A DNA stretch of 36,549 nucleotides from a virus. Its lineage: Duplodnaviria > Caudoviricetes. The position numbers were made by a program, and so were the translations under genes. The DNA is taken from positions 1 through 36,549 of IMG/VR virus record IMGVR_UViG_3300010155_000029. One strand, written 5' to 3'. The notes below the pieces were generated by a model. The model did not search any database. It was not told the DNA's origin and was given only the letters and a program-made list of their open reading frames with translations. Positions within the stretch are counted from its first letter, which is position 1. Each line of letters opens with the position of its first letter. Shown in pieces: positions 17,368 to 28,478 of the stretch.

Positions 17368-18454
17368 TACGGTTTACCAAAGAGTTTTAGCTTTAGCGAA
17401 CAAAGAACAGAGAGGTTATATAACACCTCAAGAGTTTAACTTGCTAGCAGGTAAAGCTCAGAATGATATTTTCGAGATGTATTTTCACGATTATAAAACA
17501 GCGTTATTAAGTCCAGGTAATCAGAGTAAAACGGCTGACGACTTAGATATACTTCGTGAGAAGATTGCTATGCACAGAGTTGTTGGTGCCACTTTAACTG
17601 GTTCGAATAAAACCTTAAGTGGTGACGTGCATTGGTTAGAGAATATATATAAGAGCGAGAAGAAAAGTAGGGTTGTTACTTTTAACGCTCCCGCAGAAGG
17701 TCACATTAATGATACAAGTGTTTGGGGTTCAATATCTAAGTTAAAGCTTAGAGCTTACTACGACGGGTATGGAGATAGTAGTATTGGTGAGGGTGAATAT
17801 ATCATTTACTTCTTACGCAACGGTAGCACACATGAAGCGTCTTCTAATTCTTACCAAATTGTTATAGCACCCGATGACGGAGCTTCTAAATCTACGGTTG
17901 CGGGGGTAGTTGCAAAAGCTATAAACGAAGGTAGCCCATACCATTCAGCGACTAGGGATGGTGAAGACGTGATTATAACATATTTACAAGATAGAGATTT
18001 TGAAGTAGACGAGACATCCGAATTATTCTTGGCAGGTGGTGGGGTAAGTATCAACGTAACTTCGGTATCTGATTACGCTACATTCGAAGAGGTTAGTAAA
18101 GATGATTGGAATTATATTAGATCTAGTAAGAAATTAAACCCTAATAAAAATTCTAGAGGGATATTCTATAGAAGTAGTGCTAGTGGTGTTCAGGTATTAC
18201 CTTACGATGGTAGCACTACAATATTGTACGACTATATTAAGAGACCAACTAACCCACAATGGGGATTTACTCTATTAAACGGTAAAGCTTTATATAACTC
18301 TGGCACTACCATACCTTTCGGATTACACTCTTCAGAAGAAAGTACATTGACAAATAAAATACTTGAATTAGCTGGGATTGTTTTGAACAAGCCTGGTTTA
18401 TCTGAAGTTATACTTAGAAACGAAGCCGTTAAAGAGGCAAACGAAAATAAATAA
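17348..18454 (+). CDS. putative head-tail adaptor / tail ring protein with an internal insertion
   Basis: N-terminal VYQRVLALANKEQRGYITPQEFN and C-terminal YIKRP..PQWG..ILELAGI; position before the tail genes. Confidence 0.65.
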   Translation: MAVANIDTVYQRVLALANKEQRGYITPQEFNLLAGKAQNDIFEMYFHDYKTALLSPGNQSKTADDLDILREKIAMHRVVGATLTGSNKTLSGDVHWLENIYKSEKKSRVVTFNAPAEGHINDTSVWGSISKLKLRAYYDGYGDSSIGEGEYIIYFLRNGSTHEASSNSYQIVIAPDDGASKSTVAGVVAKAINEGSPYHSATRDGEDVIITYLQDRDFEVDETSELFLAGGGVSINVTSVSDYATFEEVSKDDWNYIRSSKKLNPNKNSRGIFYRSSASGVQVLPYDGSTTILYDYIKRPTNPQWGFTLLNGKALYNSGTTIPFGLHSSEESTLTNKILELAGIVLNKPGLSEVILRNEAVKEANENK

Positions 18455-18456
18455 TT

Positions 18457-19320
18457 ATGGGATTATTAGACGGCACAACACAGAAAGCTTATTATGATGG
18501 TAGTGATTTAGGTAACTACCAATTTGTAACACTTGATGATATTATAAGTTCCTTCATGGTTGTATATGTGGGTGAGAATAAGATACTTACTAAGGTTAGT
18601 AGAACAGACGTGCAATTTCATGGGATGAGAGCTATTCAAGAGTTATCATATGATGTTTTGAAATCTATGAAATCTCAAGAAATAGAAGTACCACCTACAT
18701 TAAAAATGATACTGCCTCAAGACTACGTTAATTATTGTAAGATAGTAAGAGTAGATAGTAATGGTATCGAGAAACCTCTATATCCGACAGGTAAAACTTC
18801 AAACCCTTTCGCTATTGATCAAGATACTAATGGTGATTATAATTTCACCGCTGATGATTTAACAGAACAAGCAGAATCTAATACATGGGCTAATTACAAG
18901 TCACAAACAGCTTCCACAGGTAGTGATGATGTTGATGCGTTACTTCTAGATGCTCAAGGTCGTAGATATGGATTAGATCCTCAACATGCTCAAACTAATG
19001 GTACATTTTACATAGACAATTCAACTGGGTTTATCCACTTCGGTTCTAGTTTAGCTGGAGAAACTATTATATTAAAATACATTAGTGATGGTTTAGGTAC
19101 TGATGATGAAATGTTAGTTCATAAGTTTGCTGAAGAAGCTGTATACAAATGGATTATGTATGGATTAATATCTGGAAGAACAGGTATACCAGAATATATA
19201 ACACAGAGATTTAAGAAAGAGAAGTTTGCAGAAACTAGGAAAGCTAAGATTAGACTTTCTAATATTAAGATGGAAGAATTCACTCAGGTGTTGAGAGGTA
19301 TTAGTAAACCAATTAAGTAG
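18457..19320 (+). CDS. putative tail ring / tubular structural protein
   Basis: LPQDYVNY and ILKYISDG segments; lies between adaptor and nozzle genes. Confidence 0.65.
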   Translation: MGLLDGTTQKAYYDGSDLGNYQFVTLDDIISSFMVVYVGENKILTKVSRTDVQFHGMRAIQELSYDVLKSMKSQEIEVPPTLKMILPQDYVNYCKIVRVDSNGIEKPLYPTGKTSNPFAIDQDTNGDYNFTADDLTEQAESNTWANYKSQTASTGSDDVDALLLDAQGRRYGLDPQHAQTNGTFYIDNSTGFIHFGSSLAGETIILKYISDGLGTDDEMLVHKFAEEAVYKWIMYGLISGRTGIPEYITQRFKKEKFAETRKAKIRLSNIKMEEFTQVLRGISKPIK

Positions 19321-19326
19321 TAGTTT

Positions 19327-22300
19327 ATGTCAGAAATAAAACACACGTTTCAAGCTGGGAAAATGAACAAAGATCTCGATGAGAGGTTAGTTCCTAACGG
19401 TGAATATAGAGACGCTTTAAATATAGAGGTTAGAACATCTAGTGGTAATGACGGTGGTGCTGTTCAAGTGTTGAGTGGTAATACATTAATATCTGAGCTT
19501 AGCCACGCTGGGGTAATGGACGCTACTAAATCTTGGTCTGGAGACTTGAGTTCGTTTGTAGGTTCTGTAGCTGACGAGAAAAATAATAAAGCATATTTCT
19601 TTATTGCTTCACCTCCTGTTGGACAACTTGTGATGAGTGATATAACAAGTACGAAGGTTTTCAAAGATATGATAATCGAGTATAATGCTACAACTAAAAA
19701 TATAAAGCCAGTCGTTGTAGATATTTTTACGGTTCACCTCACAGCTAGTGATTTAGGTACCACTAGTCAAGGTAATGTAGTTGGTTATAATAGTATAACA
19801 GTTACGGATGATGAAAAACGTGGGTTGATTAGACCTGGAATGACTGTTCAAGCCTACTCAAGCAGTGGCGCAATAACTAATATGATAACGTCTAAACATG
19901 GAGACTCTGGTATTCCGACTGTAAGGCAAGTCAGTGGGGATGAAGTAATATTTGACATGGAGCTTGAAGGATCATTAACTGATGCTGATGTTTGGATATT
20001 CCAAGCAGAACCAACTTTATGTTTTCATAATGCAACAGTAGATTCTAAAAAATTAATAACAGGTATAAATATTATTGATAACTTATTATTCTGGACTGAC
20101 AACCGGTGGGAACCAAAGAAGATTAATATAGATAGATGTGTTGCTGGTACACCTAAGTTCAGTGAGCACTCTAAACTTTTTATAACTAACCCAGAATCTA
20201 GAGGGGGTCTTCTAGCATCTATTGATAATATAGATCACGGAACTGATAATGCTCTAAAGAGAGAACACATAACAGTTATAAAGAGAGCCCCTAGGTCAGC
20301 GCCTAAATTAGAGATGTCGGTATCTCCTAGAGACAATACAACCGGGACTATTGCAAGTCAAAGCTTCGTTCTGGATGCAAATGTATATGATACAGCTGGG
20401 GATCTTATTGGTACCGCAGGTGACCCTTTCGAAGCAGGGCATTTAGTTGGTGGTGTAAATATACTTAATGCTAATTACCAACCCGAAGATGTTTTAATAC
20501 TAGATAATACTACTGGGTCAGATGTTATCACTATTAGAGCTAAAGTTGTTGCAGCTGGGATTAATAATAATTATGAACTTAAAATACTAAGTTCAGATAC
20601 TAGTATAACAAGTAGTAACCTTATCTGGCAAGTTAGATTAGAGTTAGATAGACCTCTATTTGAGTTGAAGTTTGGTAGATTTTCTTATAGGTATAAGTAT
20701 GAAGATGGTGAATACTCTTCATTCGCTCCGTGGTCTGAATTAGCTTTCTTACCTGGTACGTTTGACTACGTGCCTTTAAAGGGTTACAACTTAGGTATGG
20801 TTAATAACATTAGGGAACTTAAGGTCACTGACTTTATTGTTGATGATGATTTAAGGCCAGATGATGTAGTGGCTGTAGATGTATTATATAAGGATACGGT
20901 TTCACCTAATGTATATATCGTGAAGACGGTAAAAAGAGGTAGACATCCAGAGTGGAATGATAACGCTACGGCTGGAAGTGGAGACTCAGGTGTTCTTAAT
21001 ATAACGTCTGAGATGATACATAATGCGTTGCCATCCTCTCAAACTTTAAGAGCTTGGGATAATGTACCAAGAAAGGCTTTAGCACAAGAGGTTACTGGTA
21101 ATAGAATTGTGTATGGTAACTACTTACAGAATTACGATATTAAACAACCAGTTGTTATAAACCAAGGCTTAATAGAGGTTGCTCACCCTAGTGATTTATC
21201 ACCTAAGAAGTCTATAAAGTCTATTAGGAAGTATAAGATCGGTATCGTGTTTGGTGATAAGTACGGTAGAGAAACTCCTGTCATGGGTATGGGTGGTCTT
21301 AGAGATATGAGCACAGATATCAAATCAACAGAGAGTGGTATATTAAGAGCTGACGTATATAACCCTAAGAAAAACGCTCATAAAATTACTAAACTTAGTG
21401 CTAAACAGCAATGGGGTATTAGTAATACTGCGGCTAGTAAGCCTAGTAGTTGGATGGAATATTTTAAGTATTACATTAAAGAGACTACTAATGAATACTA
21501 TAATATGGCTATGGATAGATGGTACGATGCAGAAGATGGAAACATCTGGTTATCTTTCCAATCTTCAGATAGAAATAAAGTGGATGAAGATACATACTTA
21601 GTACTTAAAAATCAGCATGGTGGTGAAGAACCTGTTTTAGAGGAAGCTCGATATAAGATATTAGCTATAGAGAACGAAGCTCCAGATTATATCAAGATTA
21701 CTGAAAAGATACTCGGAGAGTCAAGGATTACTGATGGAGATGATAACGATTTAGATGGAATACCAACTTCCAGTGTTGTTATCTTTCAAAGTGATACTGC
21801 AAGTCTTGCATGGTCACAAGTTTTTGAAGGTATAAAGTTTGAAGGTACAGGTTACGCTAGAATAAAAGGTATTTATAATAGTGAACAAGCTTACTCTAAG
21901 TGGGTTAAAATAGCTAGAATTAATGATGCTGCTAAAAGTATAATCACTGTAGAACCTTTCGGGGATTCGGCTGATATGCAGGACTTACTTGGTAGTGCTG
22001 ATGCGGAATATTATTTACAAGTAAGGGATAATGTAGTGGAGAACAAACCTGAGTTTGATGGTAGGTTCTTCGTTAAAATATACAAAGATTCAACTTTAGT
22101 TGAGAACGTACTAATTCAAACATCAGATGATGTAGAGTATTTTAAAATTGCTACAGGTAAGTTTGCTTACATTAGTAGCACGGTGAACAACCCTGCTCAA
22201 GACAGTAACTCTATAACACCGGGTTTATACACTGATACTGATTGGAATACTGGAGGAGGAGACACATTTACTAATAGTGATATTGATGAGATGGGTACTT

Positions 22301-24771
22301 GCTCTGGTAACTTACAGTCTAAAATAAGAAGGGCGAAAAATACTATAGCCTTTTGGAAAAATCATAACTGGATGGGTTTCAAGAGTGGCGCTACGTGGTT
22401 TTTAGATGATGCTAGGTTATGGAAAGAGAAGGGTTACGGTGAGAGAAAGGGATTACATAGTAGACCGGGTGTTGGTGGTAAGAGTGCTATGGATTTCTCT
22501 GTTAGGGATAATCACTTTCCAACAGATGGTCCGAACGCTGATTTCAAACAGAGAATGACAACTCCAGGTACTTTCTTTAAATTTAGGAATGACCCTAATG
22601 ATGTTGTTTATCAAGTTAAAAGTACCAAGAATAAGAACCCAAAAGGGCTTAACAGCACTAAGCGACAGGTGTCAGGGAACTGCCAGGAGTGTGATTTTGA
22701 TCTCGATAAGAAAGCTTGGTGTCGTAGATATACTTTCGGTGTATACTTCACTCGAGCTAACGACTCGACTATGGGTGTAGATGTTGGGGATTGGGATCCA
22801 CGTGGGGAGTTAAAGCATACTGGTCAAAGTTCTGCAAATATAGATTTTGTAGCACCTAACTATACTTACTCCGAAGATATAAGATATACAGAGAGTAATG
22901 CTATATGGGAGACGGAACCTAAAGAAGATGTAGGGTTAGATTTATATTATGAGGCTACTAGCGCTTTACCTATTAAGCTAACTCAAGAGAATAATACATC
23001 GTTCGCTCCTAAACTATCAAGCGTTACATGTGAGAGACCAGGTAAAGGTACTACTTTTATAGCTAATGATCCTATAGTTCACTCTATAGTTAGAGATGTT
23101 GTAGCTTTAAGGGACTCAGTTAGTAATGCTCCTTTCCCATTCCAAGTTAGTATAAATGATATTCTAACTTTTGAACACAGTAACGGAACTGTTACTCGCT
23201 CAAAAGTGTTAGATCATTATAAAGAGTTAGAGACTTACCATTCAGATTATGTGCCATCTACTTCATTTATAATATCCACAACGTTTGATGGTAGCACTAC
23301 AGCGACTATACCGTCATCAGTAGTTGGTTTCGATACTATCGTCACCGGTAGGAATTGGGAAGTAATACCGCTATCTGATACTGGAGTAAATCCTGGGACA
23401 TTTGTTGATGGTATAACCGGCACTTCGCTAAGTTTAAACCAAGCTGCGACTCACACTGGTACTGTAGATACTTTATTCAAAGAGGTAACTGGCTATTATA
23501 AATTAGATACTAATGTATATAAATATACCACAGATTTACCGTGGTTCAATTGTTATTCATTCGGTAATGGATTAGAGTCTGATAGAATAAGAGATGATTA
23601 CAATGCGCCGACGATAGATAATGGATGTAAGGTATCTACAATTCTCAACGATTACGGTGAAGAGAGAAGAGGCAATGGATTAATATATTCAGGTATATAC
23701 AATTCTACTAGTGGTGTTAATAGTTTGAATGAGTTTAACATGGCTGAGAAGATCACTAAAGATCTTAATCCGTCCTATGGCTCTATACAAGCATTGAAAA
23801 GTAGGGATACCAACTTGGTAACATTCTGCGAGGATAAAGTGTTACAAATCTTAGCTAATAAGGATGCTCTATATAACGCTGATGGTAGTAGAAATGTTAC
23901 AGCCTCATCAGCTGTCTTAGGTGATGCTAGAGGATTTGCAGGAGATTATGGTATATCTTCAAACCCAGAATCTTTAGCTGTTGATGGATATAGAATGTAC
24001 TTCACCGACAAGCAAAGAGGTAAAGTTATGAGACTATCACAAGATGGTTTAACACCTATATCAGATGCTGGTATGAGTACTTGGTTTAGAGATAACTTAA
24101 GACATACCAATGAATTAGTAGGTTCATTTGATGAAGTTAAAGGTGAATATAATTTATCATTAAAACATAAATCAGGATTTGTTACATATGTTGGGGTTGT
24201 TGGTTCTAGTGCTGATACCACGGTATCGTTCAGTGAATCATCTAAAGGATGGGTGAGTTTTAAATCTTTCGTACCACAAGCAAGTTTATCTATCAACAGT
24301 GAATATTTAACAGCTAATACTGGTACTGTAGAGGATGTGGATTTTGCTGGTGTTTACGTTCATCACGATACAGCTGTAAATAATAATACGTTTTATGGTG
24401 AATATTTTAATTCAACTATAGATGTGTTGTTCAATGATAACCCTAGTTCTATAAAAAGTTTTTCAAGTATAAACTATGAAGGTACTAAATCTAGAGTTTT
24501 ATCTACTGAGGGATCTCCCGTGGTAGAACCATGGAGAGTAAACCCAACTAATGGTTGGTATGTATCCTCGTTTAAAACAGATAAACAAGATGGTTATGTA
24601 CCTCACTTCGTAGAGAAAGAGGGTAAGTGGTTTAATTATATATTCGGTGAAGAAACTACTTTATCAAATCTAGACCCAAGCGAATTTACCGTACAAGGTT
24701 TAGGAGTTCCTACAAGTATAACTAACAACACTCAAGCAAAAGTTACATTAACTATAAATAACATCGACTAA
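19327..24771 (+). CDS. tail stabilization / nozzle protein (P22 gp10- or crAss muzzle-like), 1814 aa
   Basis: N-terminal GKMNKDLDERLVPNGEYRDALN; beta-propeller-like C-terminus (YGISSNPES, YFTDKQRGKV, GWVSFKSF, EKEGKWF). Confidence 0.75.
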   Translation: MSEIKHTFQAGKMNKDLDERLVPNGEYRDALNIEVRTSSGNDGGAVQVLSGNTLISELSHAGVMDATKSWSGDLSSFVGSVADEKNNKAYFFIASPPVGQLVMSDITSTKVFKDMIIEYNATTKNIKPVVVDIFTVHLTASDLGTTSQGNVVGYNSITVTDDEKRGLIRPGMTVQAYSSSGAITNMITSKHGDSGIPTVRQVSGDEVIFDMELEGSLTDADVWIFQAEPTLCFHNATVDSKKLITGINIIDNLLFWTDNRWEPKKINIDRCVAGTPKFSEHSKLFITNPESRGGLLASIDNIDHGTDNALKREHITVIKRAPRSAPKLEMSVSPRDNTTGTIASQSFVLDANVYDTAGDLIGTAGDPFEAGHLVGGVNILNANYQPEDVLILDNTTGSDVITIRAKVVAAGINNNYELKILSSDTSITSSNLIWQVRLELDRPLFELKFGRFSYRYKYEDGEYSSFAPWSELAFLPGTFDYVPLKGYNLGMVNNIRELKVTDFIVDDDLRPDDVVAVDVLYKDTVSPNVYIVKTVKRGRHPEWNDNATAGSGDSGVLNITSEMIHNALPSSQTLRAWDNVPRKALAQEVTGNRIVYGNYLQNYDIKQPVVINQGLIEVAHPSDLSPKKSIKSIRKYKIGIVFGDKYGRETPVMGMGGLRDMSTDIKSTESGILRADVYNPKKNAHKITKLSAKQQWGISNTAASKPSSWMEYFKYYIKETTNEYYNMAMDRWYDAEDGNIWLSFQSSDRNKVDEDTYLVLKNQHGGEEPVLEEARYKILAIENEAPDYIKITEKILGESRITDGDDNDLDGIPTSSVVIFQSDTASLAWSQVFEGIKFEGTGYARIKGIYNSEQAYSKWVKIARINDAAKSIITVEPFGDSADMQDLLGSADAEYYLQVRDNVVENKPEFDGRFFVKIYKDSTLVENVLIQTSDDVEYFKIATGKFAYISSTVNNPAQDSNSITPGLYTDTDWNTGGGDTFTNSDIDEMGTCSGNLQSKIRRAKNTIAFWKNHNWMGFKSGATWFLDDARLWKEKGYGERKGLHSRPGVGGKSAMDFSVRDNHFPTDGPNADFKQRMTTPGTFFKFRNDPNDVVYQVKSTKNKNPKGLNSTKRQVSGNCQECDFDLDKKAWCRRYTFGVYFTRANDSTMGVDVGDWDPRGELKHTGQSSANIDFVAPNYTYSEDIRYTESNAIWETEPKEDVGLDLYYEATSALPIKLTQENNTSFAPKLSSVTCERPGKGTTFIANDPIVHSIVRDVVALRDSVSNAPFPFQVSINDILTFEHSNGTVTRSKVLDHYKELETYHSDYVPSTSFIISTTFDGSTTATIPSSVVGFDTIVTGRNWEVIPLSDTGVNPGTFVDGITGTSLSLNQAATHTGTVDTLFKEVTGYYKLDTNVYKYTTDLPWFNCYSFGNGLESDRIRDDYNAPTIDNGCKVSTILNDYGEERRGNGLIYSGIYNSTSGVNSLNEFNMAEKITKDLNPSYGSIQALKSRDTNLVTFCEDKVLQILANKDALYNADGSRNVTASSAVLGDARGFAGDYGISSNPESLAVDGYRMYFTDKQRGKVMRLSQDGLTPISDAGMSTWFRDNLRHTNELVGSFDEVKGEYNLSLKHKSGFVTYVGVVGSSADTTVSFSESSKGWVSFKSFVPQASLSINSEYLTANTGTVEDVDFAGVYVHHDTAVNNNTFYGEYFNSTIDVLFNDNPSSIKSFSSINYEGTKSRVLSTEGSPVVEPWRVNPTNGWYVSSFKTDKQDGYVPHFVEKEGKWFNYIFGEETTLSNLDPSEFTVQGLGVPTSITNNTQAKVTLTINNID

Positions 24772-24775
24772 TAAT

Positions 24776-26920
24776 ATGGCATTAACTAACTGTAGATTAA
24801 TTGGAGCAGGTGGCGTAGAGAATAGTGTATCAGTTGAAGTAACCTCTGATACACCTGATATTCTCGACACAAATAGCCAATTTTCATTCTTTCTTATTCC
24901 TGACTCGGGTTATACTCTAAGAGCTCTTGATGTAAAAGTAGAAAATGAAAGTGTAACTGAAAACGATGGTTTTACATTTGACTCCTCGTTAGATGCTATT
25001 GAAACAATATCTTTAAGAGATAAGCATACATTAGCGCAGGAAGATATGCTCCTTAGTAACCCTGATGTATATAAACAAGTACCAGCTAACTCAGTTATAG
25101 TTACTATAGATATAGATGATACTTACTCTATCGCTGTAGACACGGGTGTTAATATAGATATTGATGCTGCTGCATTCATAATACCTGAAGAAGAGGAGGT
25201 TGTAAGTACTGAAGTTGTTACTGAAATTCCTACAGAATTAGTAGCTAAACCACACTTCGCTATATTCATGAATAAGGATAACCCACCTTGGAGTGCAGCA
25301 GATTTTACTTTAACAGTGACACCTAATACCGTAGCCTATCCTTTAACTTGGTCTACTAATCCAGGGTACGATTTAACACCGAGGGATATGGTGATGACAA
25401 GTTTTTCTAACGCTGGGGATTGCCACTATCCCACTCACATGAAATGTTGGGATAAGTATTATTTCGATTGTATATTGCAGGTTGGTAAACCAACAGCTAT
25501 TGCCCGTTTAAAATTCGAGAGGGTAGAGAGTGATGATTATGATGTAACTTTTCAATCCCCACCACATTTAATACCTGTTAATAATGGGCCTGATGGGATG
25601 TGGGATGTTAACTCTAAATTTGAACTTGTATTTTATGACAAGTCTGGAAGTGATGCATCGCCAACTATGTATGAGTATGACTTAGTATATACAGCTAGCG
25701 TTAACGAAGAAATTGATAATGCCGCTAATTCTACTTCAGGAACAATCGATCTCGGAAGTCATCCAGGTAGTCCACAGGAGTCAAGAGACTCGAGTACTAA
25801 GATCGAGATAATAACGATGGATAAGCATGAGAAAGCTATCGATGATGTGGAGTTTGAGATATTTGATATAGATCTGCATAATGACTTAACTCATTTAGGA
25901 AAAGCAACTGATACCGAGCTTGTGGATGATAAATTTAATAACCTATCACAAACAGGATTGTATAATCTCCCTGTAACAACTGATTCTAATACCACTTCTA
26001 GTACCGAGGTCGGTACTTTCCATCAAGCCACCGATGATAGTCCTAATCCAATATCTGTACTAGGAACACCAGGTGGTAAATTTACTGTAGCACTTTTAGA
26101 CGTGGCTGATGCTAACAATGATATAACTAGTGATCACATAAAGACTTTAGACGGAGTTGCTGTCACTGGTGAGCAAACTATACCAGATAGTGGAGTTAAG
26201 GTGCTACAGATGCATGATTTCGATAAAGCCACTACCACAGCTGTTTACGATCTTAAAGTAACAGCCGGAGCGAATACGATAGTAAAAAATACTACGAAGA
26301 AAACAACGGGTGCTGCCGTAGCTGGTGGTGAAGCGGTAGGAAACAATGTTACTAACAGATTCACACACCCAAAATCTAATACGTCTATAAAAGTATTGGT
26401 TGATGATACTGATATGAGTTCTACGTTTTTAAAACAACAAACAGTTGAAGGTTCGATTAGTTCTTGGTATCCGGGTACTACAACATCAACCACTTACACT
26501 TTAGATCCTGCTGACCAAATCGCTTCGGTTGAGAATGGTGTAGCTAGTTCGTTTGTTGAGGATATAGAATACCGATCGGATGTTACACCAAAACAAACTA
26601 TTTATTACTGGCGAAAGAATGCGACTTGGGAGGAGGCTGATAGGGCCGAAGTGCAGGTCATATTCGAAGTAGAATTCTATAAATTTGGTACAGAGGATGT
26701 AACTATCACATTGAACCTTGCGGATGTTCTTGATTATGATGCGGGGACAGAGGAATTTAGTCTTGTAGGTGTTTTAGGGGATGTTGCTACAGCTGACTTC
26801 TATGGTGATGGTGCTGTTTTGGAAGAAGGTAATGGGTGGACCATTTCACCAGCTGATGCGGGAGGTGCAGAGTTCGCTATTAAGATAATAGCCACTCCTC
26901 CAATTAGAATTTACCAATAA
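24776..26920 (+). CDS. acidic beta-rich putative tail structural protein (714 aa)
   Basis: D/T/V-rich composition, position in the tail module. Confidence 0.6.
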   Translation: MALTNCRLIGAGGVENSVSVEVTSDTPDILDTNSQFSFFLIPDSGYTLRALDVKVENESVTENDGFTFDSSLDAIETISLRDKHTLAQEDMLLSNPDVYKQVPANSVIVTIDIDDTYSIAVDTGVNIDIDAAAFIIPEEEEVVSTEVVTEIPTELVAKPHFAIFMNKDNPPWSAADFTLTVTPNTVAYPLTWSTNPGYDLTPRDMVMTSFSNAGDCHYPTHMKCWDKYYFDCILQVGKPTAIARLKFERVESDDYDVTFQSPPHLIPVNNGPDGMWDVNSKFELVFYDKSGSDASPTMYEYDLVYTASVNEEIDNAANSTSGTIDLGSHPGSPQESRDSSTKIEIITMDKHEKAIDDVEFEIFDIDLHNDLTHLGKATDTELVDDKFNNLSQTGLYNLPVTTDSNTTSSTEVGTFHQATDDSPNPISVLGTPGGKFTVALLDVADANNDITSDHIKTLDGVAVTGEQTIPDSGVKVLQMHDFDKATTTAVYDLKVTAGANTIVKNTTKKTTGAAVAGGEAVGNNVTNRFTHPKSNTSIKVLVDDTDMSSTFLKQQTVEGSISSWYPGTTTSTTYTLDPADQIASVENGVASSFVEDIEYRSDVTPKQTIYYWRKNATWEEADRAEVQVIFEVEFYKFGTEDVTITLNLADVLDYDAGTEEFSLVGVLGDVATADFYGDGAVLEEGNGWTISPADAGGAEFAIKIIATPPIRIYQ

Positions 26921-26943
26921 TAATTTAACTTAATAAATAAGAT

Positions 26944-27312
26944 ATGCCAGATTCTGTAATAACTTTTGAGCAAGAATTAAATGCTTCAGTACAAGTGGGT
27001 GATATGGTTTATCGCTGCACAACCTCTTCTGTGTCCGATTTTGACAATGCGGATGATGTATCTGTAACTCAAGTAGGTTTAATAACGGCTGTGGACTTTG
27101 CAGCTAAATCTATAGATGTTGCTAAAGCTGATTCAGTGGTAATAGGTGATACTGATTTCATATTCTTTAGTAAAGATAACAGAGTTAACAATTCTGGGTT
27201 AATTGGTTACTATGGTTTAGTTAGGTTTGAGAATAACGATTCTGGCGCTAAAGGAGATGATAAGCCTGAGATGTTCGCTACAAGCTGTGATGTTTTTGAG
27301 AGTAGTAAATAA
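26944..27312 (+). CDS. small putative tail protein
   Basis: 122 aa, NASVQVGD...FIFFSKD...GYYG; ends the tail block. Confidence 0.6.
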   Translation: MPDSVITFEQELNASVQVGDMVYRCTTSSVSDFDNADDVSVTQVGLITAVDFAAKSIDVAKADSVVIGDTDFIFFSKDNRVNNSGLIGYYGLVRFENNDSGAKGDDKPEMFATSCDVFESSK

Positions 27313-27323
27313 ACACCAAGAAC

Positions 27324-27333
27324 TGTGATTATA
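27324..27333 (+). promoter_or_regulatory. putative late-promoter motif, copy 4
   Basis: TGTGATTATA, identical to 749-758 and at the same distance from its ATG (27358). Confidence 0.55.
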
Positions 27334-27357
27334 TATGAGTAAATCAAATATAATTAT

Positions 27358-27837
27358 ATGCCTAAAAACGAATTATCTAAAGCTGAAAGTAGAGAGGTAA
27401 CTCTAGATACTAGGAAGAGAATACAGATGTTACAGAATTTCTTAATTGAGAATGCCGACGAAGTGAATGTAGTTACGCATCAAAACTCTAAGATATTCCC
27501 GTTAGAACACACGTTCGCAGATGGTATCTACATTAGGCAAATGTCTATGAATAAAGATAGTTTAGTAGTTGGAGCTATACATAATCATTTACATGTATGG
27601 TTCTTAATGTCTGGTCACATAACAGTCGTAACAGAAAATGAAAGTGTGGAATACACAGCTCCACACTATGTTTTAGCTACGCCTGGAACTAAAAGAGTTA
27701 TATATGCTAATGAAGACTCAGTGTTCGTTAACGTGCATAAAAATCCTACTAATTGCATGGATATAGAAGAATTGGAGAAAGAAATAGTCTCAGCATCGTT
27801 TGATGATTATCAAGAATATATAAATAAAAACAAATAA
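27358..27837 (+). CDS. cupin-fold protein
   Basis: HTFADGIYIR...GAIHNHLHVWFLMSG...PGTKR...VNVH pattern. Confidence 0.7.
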   Translation: MPKNELSKAESREVTLDTRKRIQMLQNFLIENADEVNVVTHQNSKIFPLEHTFADGIYIRQMSMNKDSLVVGAIHNHLHVWFLMSGHITVVTENESVEYTAPHYVLATPGTKRVIYANEDSVFVNVHKNPTNCMDIEELEKEIVSASFDDYQEYINKNK

Positions 27838-27840
27838 AGT

Positions 27841-28476
27841 ATGTCTTTTATAATGGCTGGTACCGCTATAGTAAGTGCGGGTATAGGTGTAGCAAAAGCA
27901 ATAGGGGCGGGTAAAAGAAAGAGAGCTGCCGAGAGAGAAGCCGCGAGAGCTAGAGCTGAAAAAGAGCAACATAAAGCTGCTTTTTCGAGATTAGATACTA
28001 GTAATCCATTTTTAAATATGGAGAATACTATGGAAGATCTAACTGTTAACCAACAACAAGCTCAATTTGAAGCTCAGCAAAATCAACAACAACAAGCTAA
28101 TATATTAGGTGGCTTAAGAGAGTCGGCTGGTGGTAGTGGTATAGCAGCTTTAGCGCAGCAAATGGCTACATCAGGTCAGTTAGCTTCTCAAAGAGCGGCT
28201 GCCAGTATAGGTGCGCAAGAATCACTTAACCAAAGACTAACTGCACAACAGGCTGCTGTTATACAAAATAAAGAAAGAGAAGGTGAAGTTCAATCTAGAA
28301 ATTGGGAAAGAGATAAAACAACAACCCTCTTGGGTATGGCTCAAGGCGAACAAGCTGGGTACTTAAATAGAGCAGCTGGTTTTGACAAAGCAAAATGGGA
28401 AGGTATATCACAAGCTACTAGCGCAGCAACATCTTACGGGCAAAGCGATGAGTTTAAAGCATTAATCGGAAAATAG
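27841..28476 (+). CDS. putative internal virion / ejection (pilot) protein
   Basis: A/G-rich hydrophobic N-terminus then a Q/A-rich coiled coil; podovirus ejection-gene position. Confidence 0.65.
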   Translation: MSFIMAGTAIVSAGIGVAKAIGAGKRKRAAEREAARARAEKEQHKAAFSRLDTSNPFLNMENTMEDLTVNQQQAQFEAQQNQQQQANILGGLRESAGGSGIAALAQQMATSGQLASQRAAASIGAQESLNQRLTAQQAAVIQNKEREGEVQSRNWERDKTTTLLGMAQGEQAGYLNRAAGFDKAKWEGISQATSAATSYGQSDEFKALIGK

Positions 28477-28478
28477 AA

